Source: Nitrospiraceae bacterium (lineage in GTDB: Bacteria > Nitrospirota > Nitrospiria > Nitrospirales > Nitrospiraceae). Taken from it: 64,000 bases of DNA. Numbering within the stretch: position 1 is the first letter of the stretch; every line of letters starts with the position of its first letter. Shown in pieces: positions 29,134 to 40,000 of the stretch. The stretch is from positions 332,811 through 396,810 of the forward strand of contig JBFWWG010000002.1 in NCBI GenBank assembly GCA_050246315.1, given 5' to 3'. The notes beneath the pieces were generated by a model that was not told the origin of the DNA, searched no databases, and saw only the letters and a list, made by a program, of their open reading frames with translations. The position numbers and the translations under genes were made by a program.

Positions 29134-29246
29134 GTTGTACAGTAAACGATGTCTCGGGGAGCGAGACGGAACTCGAACCACGAAGCCTGTGCCAGGTCAT
29201 CTCCGGGCGCACTCTCCTTACCCTGGGATGAGTTCGGCGGTCCAGG

Positions 29247-29813
29247 TTAGGCGATCCCCTGCGGCGATGGATTGCGTGCAACCCAGGCCAGCGCGCAAAC
29301 GAGATTCTCCATTACGGACAGAGCATCGGTGAAAGACATCCCAGGGTCCTCTAGAATTTCCAAGCTGCGGTGTTTGAGCATGTTATCGGCTTTCCTACCT
29401 CGTTCGGACCAAATCGCAAGCAACTCAGAAGGAAAACTCTTCCTGGTGGCTACTTCCCTGGTTTCTCCGATGGCAGCAGTTGGCCCAAGATCGCCGACAT
29501 ACCGAAGGATATGTTCAAAAGCTAGATCCAGGCGGAGTATCGCATCATTAAAATAGAACCCCGCTAGCCACTCACCTTGCTGCGGCGGTCTGTCTTCCAC
29601 CAACATCCCGAGAACCATCTCCTTGGCTTCTTCCATGCGTCGCCACACCCTGCCCGGCTCCTGCGATTGCCGTGGATATCCTAATTGCTCCGCGCGCGCG
29701 AGCGAATAGATCGCCCCGAGGGCGAAGTTGTAGAGGCTCGAATGTCGTGGATCAGAGCGCGACACCTCCAGATCTTTCATCTGACTCAGGGCTCTTTTAA
29801 TTCTTTCATTCAT
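29247..29813 (-). CDS. Hypothetical alpha-helical protein
   Basis: 188-aa ORF with SD AGGAGG; no family recognised. Confidence 0.7.
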   Translation of the reverse strand: MNERIKRALSQMKDLEVSRSDPRHSSLYNFALGAIYSLARAEQLGYPRQSQEPGRVWRRMEEAKEMVLGMLVEDRPPQQGEWLAGFYFNDAILRLDLAFEHILRYVGDLGPTAAIGETREVATRKSFPSELLAIWSERGRKADNMLKHRSLEILEDPGMSFTDALSVMENLVCALAWVARNPSPQGIA

Positions 29814-29945
29814 GCGATTTGGTCCTCCTGAGGGAGTCTACTGCTCGCTGCCGCACATCATTGGTGGCGGTACAGCAAGACGACCCGTTGGCGACAGGAT
29901 CGTCCAGAAGATACACGACCCCGAGAGGACCGAATGGGTCGCTCG

Positions 29946-30182
29946 TTACGTGAGCAAATCCCGTTTCCGCTCCTCAAACTCCTGTTTGTTGATCTCCCCG
30001 CGGGCATATCGTTTCTTGAGAATTTCCAACGCGGAGTCTTCACGATGGCCGAACCCTTGCCCCATCAGCCATCGGGCGACCAAGAGGCCGCCGAAAATCA
30101 AGACGGCCCAGAAGAGCACCATGCTCAGCAGGCCGAAGCCCATCATCGGCATCCAGCCGCAATCTGTGAATCGGTCCATCAT
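29946..30182 (-). CDS. SHOCT-domain membrane protein
   Basis: Met/Gly-rich TM segment, then SALEILKKRYARGEINKQEFEERKRDL. Confidence 0.88.
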   Translation of the reverse strand: MMDRFTDCGWMPMMGFGLLSMVLFWAVLIFGGLLVARWLMGQGFGHREDSALEILKKRYARGEINKQEFEERKRDLLT

Positions 30183-30333
30183 GTTGGAACCTACCCGCGA
30201 TAGATGAACGCTCGCGTTTCGAGCTGGTCGAGTGGTTTATCCAATTCACCCACCGGGGATTGCATCCAGGTTCGCCACCTGGCTTGGCCGAGGAGGGTCA
30301 GTGGACCCTCAGGCTCTGTGTGTCCCGGCATGA

Positions 30334-30510
30334 TTACCACGAGCAGCTTTCGCTGTGCTTCAGAAGCCAGACGGTGCTGGAATCAAGTCCCCGTCGGCGA
30401 CTCTCAGCTTCCAGGCGCTGCAAGGGCTCTTGAACCGGCTCTTCCGTCAGATCAAAGGTACCCCAGTGAATGCCGAGGAAGTAAGAGCCCCGAACGGCTT
30501 CAGGGAGCGA
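30334..30510 (-). pseudogene. C-terminal fragment of an MBL-fold hydrolase (NAPE-PLD/RomA-like)
   Basis: GIHWGTFDLTEEPVQEPLQRL...WLLKHSE...W is the family's C-terminus; no HxHxDH N-terminal part upstream. Confidence 0.6.
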
Positions 30511-30894
30511 GCGGCGCCACACCGGAATAGTTTCAGAAGAGTGTACCCTGAATCTCAGGCAATGTCTGCTGGTGAGCCGCCTTGGATCCCTCGCATCATC
30601 CTGGCTTCGTCTTTTGGACCACACAAGCCAAATTTAGAGCGTCAGACCCCTTTACCTCCGGACTTATGACAACACGCCGGTCGAAAGCTTTTTTTGTTCA
30701 TTGAAGATCGAGTTGGTTCGGCATCAGCGCGCTATGCCATCACGGAGTACATTGAGGTGTTTACAACCGCCAGCGCTTGCATCAGGCGCTGGGTTATCGC
30801 AGTCTAGAGCAGTTCGAGCAGCAGGCCGGTGATTCTTAAACCACGTGTCTGTTTTTACGGGTCGCCTCAATATGACGCCCTTTGTCAGAGTGAA

Positions 30895-32217
30895 TTATGT
30901 GGGCGGCGGAGATGTGTGCGGTTCTGAGGATGGATGATGCGGGGGCACTACGGAAGATTCACGGCTCTGCGCCAGTCGCTCAAACCTTTCTATTTGCTGA
31001 TCTAGATTTTGAACGGAGGTTGAGGGGTCAATATTGACAGGGATGCAGGCGTCCGTGCGTCCCAACAAGCAATTTGTTTCTGCGTTCCAGATCTCAAGCT
31101 GCCCATTTTGGATCAGCGCCTTAAGTAACCGCATATGATCTGCCACGTTCCGGAAAGCTCTTGCCGTACCATCATCAGCAATAAGGATGCCGCGCTCAGG
31201 ATCAAACTGCAGTCGTTCCTCTGCAAAATTCAGCCCGACCCTGAAGCAAACCTGTCGATTCCCTGATAGGCAATCCACTATCAGACATCCATTCTCTACA
31301 ACAATAAGCTGCGGTGTCATTATCTCGAATGCGTGGAGAGGGGCGACGTCTCTCATGCGTATCGATACCTTTGGAAGATCCGCTATGGTCTCTACGGGGA
31401 CACTTTCGCCTGCCTTCAACTTAGCAACCATTTCGGAGCCAAGCAGCACGCGGAACCCTTCCAACTCGTAAAGATGTTCTCGATAAATCGTATGAGAAGA
31501 CTTCACACCCAACTCATATTCGATAAGGTGCTCTCCAAGTGCCTTTATAAGGGGAAGATCTTTCTGAAGACGGTCAAGGTCGTCCGGGTCCTCAGGATCT
31601 ACCAAAGGCTCTGAATAGGCATGGGCAACTGCGCAGCGACCCGACCTCCAAAGATAGTCTCCGATATCCGATACGGTTCGCCGTAACTCTTCAACTCGAC
31701 TTTTCGCACGATGATCGGTCAATAGATCAACGGCTTTGTTGATCCACCTTCCATGATCAGTCCCTTTATCATGGAGGATGTTAAGGATCTTGAAAAATCC
31801 CAGGAATTGATACGCATCACTATTCAGACCGAGCGCCTCCCGGTACAGAGCCAGTGCGAGTCGAGCCCGGGGATCCACAGGGTCTGGCAAATAGTCTAGC
31901 CGGAAGTGGGGGTTCAATAGCCTCACATGAGCTAATCCTGAAGAGCGGCCAAGTCCTATGTGGATAGGATGAGAGCCTCCGGTAATGCCGATCTCACGCA
32001 ATCTGCCCTGCAGTACCCATGCGACAGAACTGAGAAACTGTCTGACAGTGCGCAAAGCTTCTTCATATGTCCCGGGAGGGCCATACTTGGTAATGACGTC
32101 AGGTGACCACTTATCCGTTTCAGGTCTTAAGGTGAGCTCTCGCCCGCGAAAACTAATGTTCGTCTCTTCAGTGGCCCAAAACACCCCGTTCTCAACTCCA
32201 ACAACGAGCCAGCTCAT
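30895..32217 (-). CDS. MauJ-like / HEPN-motif protein with a C-terminal extension
   Basis: RLALALYREALGLNS..YQFLGFFKILN...YLWRSGRCAVAHA (RxxxxH)...VDPED. Confidence 0.7.
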   Translation of the reverse strand: MSWLVVGVENGVFWATEETNISFRGRELTLRPETDKWSPDVITKYGPPGTYEEALRTVRQFLSSVAWVLQGRLREIGITGGSHPIHIGLGRSSGLAHVRLLNPHFRLDYLPDPVDPRARLALALYREALGLNSDAYQFLGFFKILNILHDKGTDHGRWINKAVDLLTDHRAKSRVEELRRTVSDIGDYLWRSGRCAVAHAYSEPLVDPEDPDDLDRLQKDLPLIKALGEHLIEYELGVKSSHTIYREHLYELEGFRVLLGSEMVAKLKAGESVPVETIADLPKVSIRMRDVAPLHAFEIMTPQLIVVENGCLIVDCLSGNRQVCFRVGLNFAEERLQFDPERGILIADDGTARAFRNVADHMRLLKALIQNGQLEIWNAETNCLLGRTDACIPVNIDPSTSVQNLDQQIERFERLAQSRESSVVPPHHPSSEPHTSPPPT

Positions 32218-32365
32218 ATGTCCCTCCCCGGGTCGCATTGTAGGATCGCTGCGATACAGCCGCAAGACTCAGGATGGGTTAATACAAGCTTCATCGCAGT
32301 TTCCACGCAGGCTGGAGCTGAGGTGTGGACAGGGACCGCTTAGAACGCCATTACAGTTTTATGTA

Positions 32366-33271
32366 TTACCACCGATCAGAACCAAACGGCTGTTCGAGGT
32401 TTCCCACCGCTGACTCAATGGAAAGAACACTTTCCGTCGCAAAGGACAAAACAAACTCGGCTTCACTTTCTGAAAGATTCTCCTTTCGGCCGTATGAATG
32501 TGCCGCCATATCGCTGGTAAACGCCACCTCTCCGGCTAGTTGTCGAAACCGCACAAAGTCGGGATAGCTAAGGCCGAGAGTTTGATAGACAAGGATGTCC
32601 TGCATCCGCTCCAATGATCTCTGTGCATCTCGGCTGTCACCTTTGTCAAATTTGCCGGACGAGTCAACCATCATGATGGTTGACCATCTAGGAAATTGGC
32701 CGACTATGGCACGCTCGACCATCAGCAACGACAGATGTATGGCTGCTGATGCCTTAAATGCGGACGTTTGTAGGTCCTTTGCCTGAAGCGCCGCCTCAGC
32801 CTCATTCAGAAACGTCCTAGCCCTCTCGTGCTGCACCAGATCAGTTAAGGAGAGCGTTTCAAACTCGACCGCCCACACGAGCTCTACTAATTTGTTCAGG
32901 AAGCTTCTCGTATAGGTTCGGCTATCCTCTACCTCTATGTCATTCGGGTATCTCGCCCGGTGTTGCGCATCATTTCGAACGGCATGAGTTTGAAGGAGAT
33001 GAGCTCTGTCCGGCAGTTCACCGATCCCCTCCTTCCTCAGTACTTGTTCGCACTGTTGAAGGAGCCCGGGGAAGTTATCGGCTGAAGACTTAGAGGAATC
33101 CAACGAGACTATGACGGTGGACAATAAGGACTCGACTGCAAGGTCAAAGCCAATAACGGCGAAGAGTTTGGCGGTCAGCGTCTTTCGAGATGCCTGAACA
33201 AGGGCATGTTGATACAACTGTTTAACCACCAGGAGCTTCTGCCTCGTCGTAACATCGAGAAAGCGCGGCAT
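32366..33271 (-). CDS. Hypothetical protein with an N-terminal HEPN-like domain
   Basis: AVIGFDLAVESLL...HAVRNDAQH (RxxxxH) in an all-helical region. Confidence 0.65.
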   Translation of the reverse strand: MPRFLDVTTRQKLLVVKQLYQHALVQASRKTLTAKLFAVIGFDLAVESLLSTVIVSLDSSKSSADNFPGLLQQCEQVLRKEGIGELPDRAHLLQTHAVRNDAQHRARYPNDIEVEDSRTYTRSFLNKLVELVWAVEFETLSLTDLVQHERARTFLNEAEAALQAKDLQTSAFKASAAIHLSLLMVERAIVGQFPRWSTIMMVDSSGKFDKGDSRDAQRSLERMQDILVYQTLGLSYPDFVRFRQLAGEVAFTSDMAAHSYGRKENLSESEAEFVLSFATESVLSIESAVGNLEQPFGSDRW

Positions 33272-33285
33272 GATTGCTCCTCCGC

Positions 33286-34224
33286 CTACTTGCGACTCGC
33301 GATATCGGTGAGGGGCCCTAGATCAAGATGCTTTATTCCGCACGCGTCATGTCCTAGTGGATGCATCCACAGGAACCGGTATTCTCGTTGATAGGCAAAT
33401 CGGAAGTCCTTGGCAATACCGGGGTCAATGACCTGTGCTAGAGAACCGTCGAGCGGATCAAAGTACTGCATGGGGATGTGGTAGAAGTCCCATCCGCCGA
33501 GCTGCCCGCAGAATGCTTTATTCAGTCTTTCTGCGAACTGCTCTACGTCGCGAACTTCAGCGCATGCCCCGCCAAATTCATCCTTGAGCGAAACGTCCCA
33601 CTCCGATGAGCAACATAAGACGTAGTAGTCGTGAATCGACGATGTGCGGCGCATGTCGCCAATGATGGCCACCTTATTTCCATTCCGATCAATCATATGC
33701 ATGTTTTGACCTGGAACCGTACAACTCTTTTCCGTTTCATGGTCTGACCTTGCTTCACCAAGGGCGGTGTCGTGGTAGAACGATGCCGGCCTGACTTGGA
33801 TGCGACCCGCCATAAAATCTCGTATTACGTCCGGCGCGGCATACCGGAACACTATGTCATCTTTTGGTGGACCTATTGAGGTTTCTGCAACATCGAACAC
33901 TTCCGATGGCTTTGTTAATCCTCTTAGGAATAATTCCAGCCGCGTCTCGTGCTCTTTTCTGAACCAGTACCAGGAGCTCATCGGGCTCTGTATCGGAATT
34001 CTGTGACGATAAGGACAAATCAAGGCCTTCATATTTCGAATCACGGATCGGTGTCGGTCCCTGAGAGCGGCATCTGTGGCGCTTCCGAGATATCGCCTGC
34101 CCTCGAATAACAACTCCCAAAAAGCAGGCTCGTAACTATGAAAATTGTCGTTAAACGACCGCACAGCGGCCGGCGTTGGAAGTACACTGGGCAACATGAG
34201 TGAGGGCACTCGAAGCGAAGGCAT
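33286..34224 (-). CDS. Hypothetical protein, C-terminus reminiscent of DUF2971/ART-like domains
   Basis: FRY...YYVLCCS...AKDFRFAYQREYRFLW (K..F.YQ.EYR pattern); 4-nt gap to the upstream gene. Confidence 0.6.
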   Translation of the reverse strand: MPSLRVPSLMLPSVLPTPAAVRSFNDNFHSYEPAFWELLFEGRRYLGSATDAALRDRHRSVIRNMKALICPYRHRIPIQSPMSSWYWFRKEHETRLELFLRGLTKPSEVFDVAETSIGPPKDDIVFRYAAPDVIRDFMAGRIQVRPASFYHDTALGEARSDHETEKSCTVPGQNMHMIDRNGNKVAIIGDMRRTSSIHDYYVLCCSSEWDVSLKDEFGGACAEVRDVEQFAERLNKAFCGQLGGWDFYHIPMQYFDPLDGSLAQVIDPGIAKDFRFAYQREYRFLWMHPLGHDACGIKHLDLGPLTDIASRK

Positions 34225-34228
34225 AATC

Positions 34229-34996
34229 CTAGTCCACAGCTAGGTGCGGGCCGATCTTCTTCGTAATTTCCATCACCGTTCGCGCGTCTACCATCAATTG
34301 AGCATGAGGTAATACCGGTTCACCTCGATCCTCCCCCGAGAAGGAGTCGGCTACCGCTAGACAAATACTACCCTCTGTTCTTTCCTCTCCACTCAGTTCC
34401 AACGCACGGTCTAGGTCACCTTCTCGGATTGCTTCCGCTATCTTTGCTTCCCGCTCCTTTGAACGCTGTTCATGTTCCGGTGTCTGAACGAAAGGGGGAA
34501 GGTATGGCGGTATCCGATGCGCCTGGGCATCGCGATAGTTTTTGGCGTACTTAATGTGCCAAGCTTTAAGCCGCTCTGTCGTTAAGTAATCTCGCACCTC
34601 TGGTGGTAGAACCTTCTGGGTCTCCTTCAGAAACAGCCCCACATCTTGGCGATTCAGTGTAATTGTGCGCTCCAAGATGTACGTCCATGCGAGGTTATCG
34701 GCCATGCCATGGCAATGAATAAGAAAACTGTGGAGGTGAATCTCTATGTCCGAGAGCTCCTCGTCGGTAAGGAGCTCGTGGCGGTCCACCGGGAACACTT
34801 CGAAGATACTGTCCATGCATCGCTGGATGCATTTCAACCGTCGGCAGACGCCCTGAAGCAAGAACGCCTGGGCGTTCGGCTTCTTCAATTTGGGTGAAAC
34901 CTCGGAGGCCAGTGAAAGCCAGAGATTACGTAACTCACGGGACACGTCCGCACGAGCCGTATTCAGTTGTACCGCAACCTGTGCCGCGTACTCCAT
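34229..34996 (-). CDS. HEPN-like protein (Cthe_2314-like)
   Basis: HSFLIHCHGMADNLAW...KNYRDAQAHRIPPY (RxxxxH); SD GGGAGG. Confidence 0.7.
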   Translation of the reverse strand: MEYAAQVAVQLNTARADVSRELRNLWLSLASEVSPKLKKPNAQAFLLQGVCRRLKCIQRCMDSIFEVFPVDRHELLTDEELSDIEIHLHSFLIHCHGMADNLAWTYILERTITLNRQDVGLFLKETQKVLPPEVRDYLTTERLKAWHIKYAKNYRDAQAHRIPPYLPPFVQTPEHEQRSKEREAKIAEAIREGDLDRALELSGEERTEGSICLAVADSFSGEDRGEPVLPHAQLMVDARTVMEITKKIGPHLAVD

Positions 34997-35276
34997 CGTT
35001 CCTCCCTATGCTATCGTCTGCCGCCGTATAGCACCCGTACAATAGCGCCGGACTGCATCCTCCGCGAAGAAGGCATGACATTTCAACTACATGATTCGTC
35101 ATATAGCACCAGAGAGCGCGGCTCATGCGCAACATACTGGAGAAGCGGCCGTTGAGTGGTTAACGTTGACAATACAGGGAAAGGACGAATGCATGAAGGA
35201 TGGGGCATCCTTCACGATTCGACCGCATCTGATTTCCGCCGAAACTCTCCCGGCGAGGACGGACCGAATAAGGCCC

Positions 35277-35319
35277 TTGACAGCACTTGGTTTTGTCATG
35301 TATCCATTGGATACATGAC
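35277..35319 (+). promoter_or_regulatory. Promoter and perfect 12-1-12 operator overlapping the LexA-like start codon
   Basis: TTGACA at 35277-35282. GTCATGTATCCA-T-TGGATACATGAC at 35295-35319 includes ATG 35315. No SD precedes the ATG. Confidence 0.7.
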
Positions 35320-35860
35320 CCCAGACGAACTGAAAAGGTCCAGGACAGCCCTCGGATTGACGCAACAGCAGCTCGCCGACGAGCTGCGGTTGAAACGCTT
35401 GGCCATCACGCGCTATGAGGGAGGCACCCGCCGCATTCCCGGTCTGGTCGAGGTTGCCATCAGGCATCTCACCACTCCAAGCCGGATTTTCCTTGTCGGA
35501 ACCGTCGCGGCCGGGGACCCCCTCGAAGCCTTTCCGCAGACCGAAGTGGTCGAGGTGCCGCCGAGCATGGTGGGTCGGCGAGACACCTTCGCTCTTCGTG
35601 TGAAGGGGAACTCCATGCGGGATGAAGGGATCCTGCCCGGTGATGTGGTGGTGGTGCAGAAACAGGCCACGGCGCGAAATGGCCAGACGGTGATTGCCCT
35701 AGTGAATGGGGAGGCCACGATCAAAACGTACTCCCGCAAGGACGGGGTTGTGGAGCTGCATCCCGCCAACGAAAGCATGAAGCCGATCGTGGTGAAGGAG
35801 ACGGATACCTTCCACATCGAGGGCGTCGTGGTGGGGGTCCTGCGTCATTTGCGGAAGTAG
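35315..35860 (+). CDS. LexA-like repressor: XRE-type HTH plus S24 autopeptidase
   Basis: LKRSRTALGLTQQQLADEL...RYEGG HTH; GTVAAGDP (Ala-Gly cleavage site), LRVKGNSM (Ser), EATIK (Lys). Confidence 0.9.
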   Translation: MTPDELKRSRTALGLTQQQLADELRLKRLAITRYEGGTRRIPGLVEVAIRHLTTPSRIFLVGTVAAGDPLEAFPQTEVVEVPPSMVGRRDTFALRVKGNSMRDEGILPGDVVVVQKQATARNGQTVIALVNGEATIKTYSRKDGVVELHPANESMKPIVVKETDTFHIEGVVVGVLRHLRK

Positions 35861-35890
35861 GTGTGCCATCGAACAGACTGAGTCCGCACC

Positions 35891-37075
35891 ATGGACCGCC
35901 AGATTGTCTGCTTTGCGATCCCGTCGTTTGAGCTCGCGCTCGCTCGTCTGAACGACCCCACCCTCCGTACGCGACCTCTCGCCCTGGCCCCTTTCAATAC
36001 CCCGCGTGCCCTGCTCCATGATGTCTCGCCCGAAGCCAAACAGGATGGTCTCCATATCGGAATGCCCCTGGAGCACGCTCGTCGCTTGTGTCCATCACTG
36101 CATGTGCTTTCGCCCAACCCATGTCGGGTCCGTAGTGCAGACCAATCACTTATGAACGTCGTCGCCCTCTATGCGCCCGTGTGGGAACCCTCTCAGCCGG
36201 GGTCCTTCGTAATGGATGTGACAGGCACCGCCAGGCTGTTCGGGCCTGCCTGCGATGTCGCCGCAAAGGTGCAGCAGGAAATCTTCGACCGGTATCGTCT
36301 TGATGGCTTGGCCGGTGTGGGGTGCAACAAACTTGTGGCGCAGACGGCCGCGAGGTTGATCGAGCCTTCCGAATTGTATGAGGTCCGGCCCGGGTCCGAA
36401 CGCCCCTTCATGGCCCCGCTGTCGGTCCGCCTGCTGCCGGGACTCCAGCGCCCCTGTATGCGAAAGGTCCTGGAGCGGCTGGACGACCTCAACCTCCGCA
36501 CCTTAGGCGACGTGGCGGAGAGTCCGCTGGAAGCCTTGGAACTCGCGGTCGGCGACTATGCCGGAACGCTCTGCCGATGGGCGCAAGGGATCGATCATGT
36601 GCCGGTCCTTCCTCCCGCGCATCAACCCAGTCTCGAAGAGACCGTCACCCTCGAGCCGGGCGAGGTGGAGGACCCGGTGCTGTGGGGCCGGCTGTTGGAT
36701 GTCCTGCAACGTCTCTGCCGGACGCTGCGGAGTCACCGGCGGGTCTGCAGCCGGCTGTCCCTCACGATCCACTACAGCGATCAGGTCGCGGTCATGAAGC
36801 AGGCGCATGTCAGGCCGGAGACGTGCTGGGAATGCGATCTCGCTCCCGTGCTTGCTGCGCTCTTCCAACGGTGCCTCCAGCGTCGGGTCCGCCTCCGCCT
36901 GATGACGGTCTCCTTGAGCGGCCTGGAGGTTTCTGCGGAGCAGCTATCCCTCTTTGATGACCGGTCAGATGAGGAGCAGAAGCGGCGTGGGCGAGCACAA
37001 GCCCTGGCCCTGGCGCTCGACCAACTCAAGGCCCGGTTCGGCGAGCGGGCGATTCGCTATGGGAGGAGTCATTGA
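35891..37075 (+). CDS. imuB: Y-family polymerase-like protein (ImuB/DinB-like, probably non-catalytic)
   Basis: GMPLEHARRLCP, AGVGCNKLVA, ...LKARFGERAI..G; the acidic catalytic motifs look degenerate; coupled to dnaE2. Confidence 0.8.
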   Translation: MDRQIVCFAIPSFELALARLNDPTLRTRPLALAPFNTPRALLHDVSPEAKQDGLHIGMPLEHARRLCPSLHVLSPNPCRVRSADQSLMNVVALYAPVWEPSQPGSFVMDVTGTARLFGPACDVAAKVQQEIFDRYRLDGLAGVGCNKLVAQTAARLIEPSELYEVRPGSERPFMAPLSVRLLPGLQRPCMRKVLERLDDLNLRTLGDVAESPLEALELAVGDYAGTLCRWAQGIDHVPVLPPAHQPSLEETVTLEPGEVEDPVLWGRLLDVLQRLCRTLRSHRRVCSRLSLTIHYSDQVAVMKQAHVRPETCWECDLAPVLAALFQRCLQRRVRLRLMTVSLSGLEVSAEQLSLFDDRSDEEQKRRGRAQALALALDQLKARFGERAIRYGRSH

Positions 37076-40000
37076 GTGCCGGCCACCTTCGTGCACCTGC
37101 ATACCCATTCGCTCTATTCCCCCATGCAAGGGATCCCCACCCTGGAGGCGCTCTGCGAGGCGGTGCGCGCCCAAGGCCAGGACCGGCTGGCTCTCACGGA
37201 CACGAACGGGCTGTATGGCGCCATCCGGTTCCTCGATGTGGCGCGAGACACAGGCCTCAAGCCCATCATCGGCGCGGAACTGGTTCACGAGGCGTGGCGG
37301 GCGGTGCTGCTCGCGAAGACCCCGAGCGGCTACGCCAACCTGTGCCGGATCCTCTCGGCTCGCCACTGTGATGAGGCCTTCGACTTCACGGGCACGGTCG
37401 CCCAATATCGAGCCGGCTTGGTGATCCTCTCGGATGACCGCGCCGCTCTGACCGCCTGGAGCCAGGATTCAGACGAAGACCTCTATGTGGAACTGACACC
37501 CGGCCCAACGATGCATGAGGCGGTCGCGCTCAGCCGGCAGAGCGGGCTTCCACCTGTAGCGACTGCACGAGCCTCGTTCCTTCGTCCAGTCGACTACCAC
37601 GCGCACCGGCTGCTGCGGGCCATTGCAACCAATTCGACCCTCTCGCGGCTCTGCGCGGATCACTGCTCCGCCCCGTCACAGTGGCTCATGCCGGAGGCAG
37701 TCCTGGCTCGCTATTTTCCCCATGTCCCTGCGGCGCTCACCAATACATGTCGCATCGCCAAAGCCTGTCACACCGACTGGGACTTCAAGGAGACCATCTT
37801 CCCCGCCTTTCGCCAGCTCTCCGCAGAGGCCGCCTTCGAGACGTTGCGGACCAAGACCTATGAGGGTGCGCGGTGGCGCTATGGTGAACTGTCTGGGGTC
37901 GTGAAGCAGCGGATCGAGAAGGAGCTGAGAGTCATCCAAGAGAAACGCTACGCCCACTACTTTCTCGTCGTCGACGAAATCGTGAGGCAAGCGCCACGGA
38001 CCTGTGGCCGGGGTTCCGCGGCGGCCTCCATCGTGTCGTTCTGCCTTGGGATCACGCACGTCGATCCCATTCGCAACCACCTGCTCTTCGAGAGGTTTCT
38101 CAATCCCGGCCGCCACGATCCCCCGGACGTCGATCTCGACTTCCCCTGGGATGAGCGACCCAAGATTCTGGAATGGGTTTTCACGCACTACGGGCCACGC
38201 CAGGCGGCGATGGTGGCCAACCAGAACACCCTGGCGACTCGTGCCGCGCTGCGCGAGATTGCGAAAGTCTATGGCATTCCTGCGGCAGAGATCGGCAAGA
38301 CCCTGAAGTTGGTTCAGCGGCGTGCCGACTTTGTCGACATGACGCCTGGAATGACCGTCAAGACCTGGGCGACGCAGGTCTGCGACACCCTGCGTCTCCG
38401 AGTCCCGTGGCCGGAGATTCTCTACTGGTCCGTCCAGCTCCAAGGGCACTTCCGCAACCTCGGTCTCCACCCAGGAGGCGTCGTGCTGGTTCCTGACGAG
38501 ATTCGGCGGTATGTGCCGGTTGAAATCTCCGCCTCCGGCTGGCCGATGATTCAGTGGGAGAAGGATCAGACGGAGGAAGCGGGCCTCGTCAAGATTGACC
38601 TGCTCGGCAATCGTTCGCTCGCCGTGATCCGCGATGCGCTGGCGGCGATCGCACGCAATACCGGCCGCGTGATCGACTACGCGACGTGGGACCCCATCAG
38701 CGATCCGGCCACGAACGAGCTGATTCGGCGAGGCGACACGATGGGGTGCTTCTACATCGAGTCGCCGGCGACGCGGCTCCTGCTGAAGAAACTCTGGACC
38801 GGCATGCCGCCAGCCAGACGCGCGCAGGCGGATGTCTTCGAGTACTTAGTCGTCGTCTCCTCGATCATCCGGCCCGCTGCCAATGTATTCGCCGACGAGT
38901 TCGTCCGTCGCGCCCACGGGCGCCCGTACACTTCGCTCCATCCGGTATTGGACGACGTGCTTGCCGAGACCCACGGCATCATGGTCTACCAAGAGGACGT
39001 AATGAAGGTCGCCGTCGCATTGGGCGGGTTCACCGTCGAGGACGGCGATCAACTCAGAAAGGTCTTAAGCAAAAAGCATAAGGAGCGGCAGCTCCAGGAT
39101 TACCAGCGGCAATTCTATGCGGGCGCAGCGGCGCGCGGCGTGCGGCAGCCTGTCATCGACCAGATCTGGGCCATGATCATGAGCTTCGCAGGCTACAGTT
39201 TCTGCAAGCCGCACTCCGCCTCTTACGCCCAGGTCAGTTTCAAGTCGGCGTACCTACGAGCCCACTATCCTGCTGAGTTCATCGCTGCCGTCGTGAGCAA
39301 TCAAGGCGGCTACTACTCGACCTTCGCCTATCTGTCTGAGGGGCGCCGCATGGGGCTCACGATTCACCCGATCAACATCAACGCGAGCGAGTGGACGTAC
39401 GCCGGGTCGGGCAAGACGGTTCGCGTGGGGCTGATGCAGATCAAGTCCCTCCAGGAAGACCTCGCGAAGCGGATCATCGCAGAGCGGCGCGCGAACGGCC
39501 CGTACAGGTCGCTGCGCGACTTCCTGGATCGTGTGCAGCCGGACCTCGTCCAAGCGAAGCTCCTCATCAAGGCAGGGTGTTTCGACTCGATCGCGGGAGA
39601 ACTCACGCGCCCCGGGCTGTTGTGGCGACTCTTCGCGTCGCAGGCAGCCAAGCCGCCAGGCTATTTACCCATTCCTGCCGAGTACTCGGTCCAACAGAAG
39701 CTCGCGCACGAGCTTGAGCTCTTCGGCTTTCCGCTGAGCTGTCATCCGCTGGAACTCTTCGAGGACGTACTCGCGCACCTCCCGCATCTTCCCGCCAAGG
39801 ATCTGGCTCTGCACGTCGGGGAAGAGGTGACGGTGGCCGGCTGGCTCCTCACGGAAAAGATCATCTCCACGAAGAAGGGGGAGCCGATGGAGTTCATCAC
39901 CTTCGAGGATCAGACAGGACTCTACGACGCGACCCTGTTCCCCGATGTCTATCGCCAGTACTGTCATCTGCTGGCACCGAACCATGCCTATGTCGTGACC

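Noticed and set aside
29247..29813. Possible fourth HEPN protein (ADNMLKH)
   Set aside because: There is no Arg at the RxxxxH position, so it is left as hypothetical.
30200..30290. Minus-strand stretch PVGELDKPLDQLETRAFIYRG, vaguely rhodanese-like
   Set aside because: Too short and has no catalytic Cys; the similarity could be chance.
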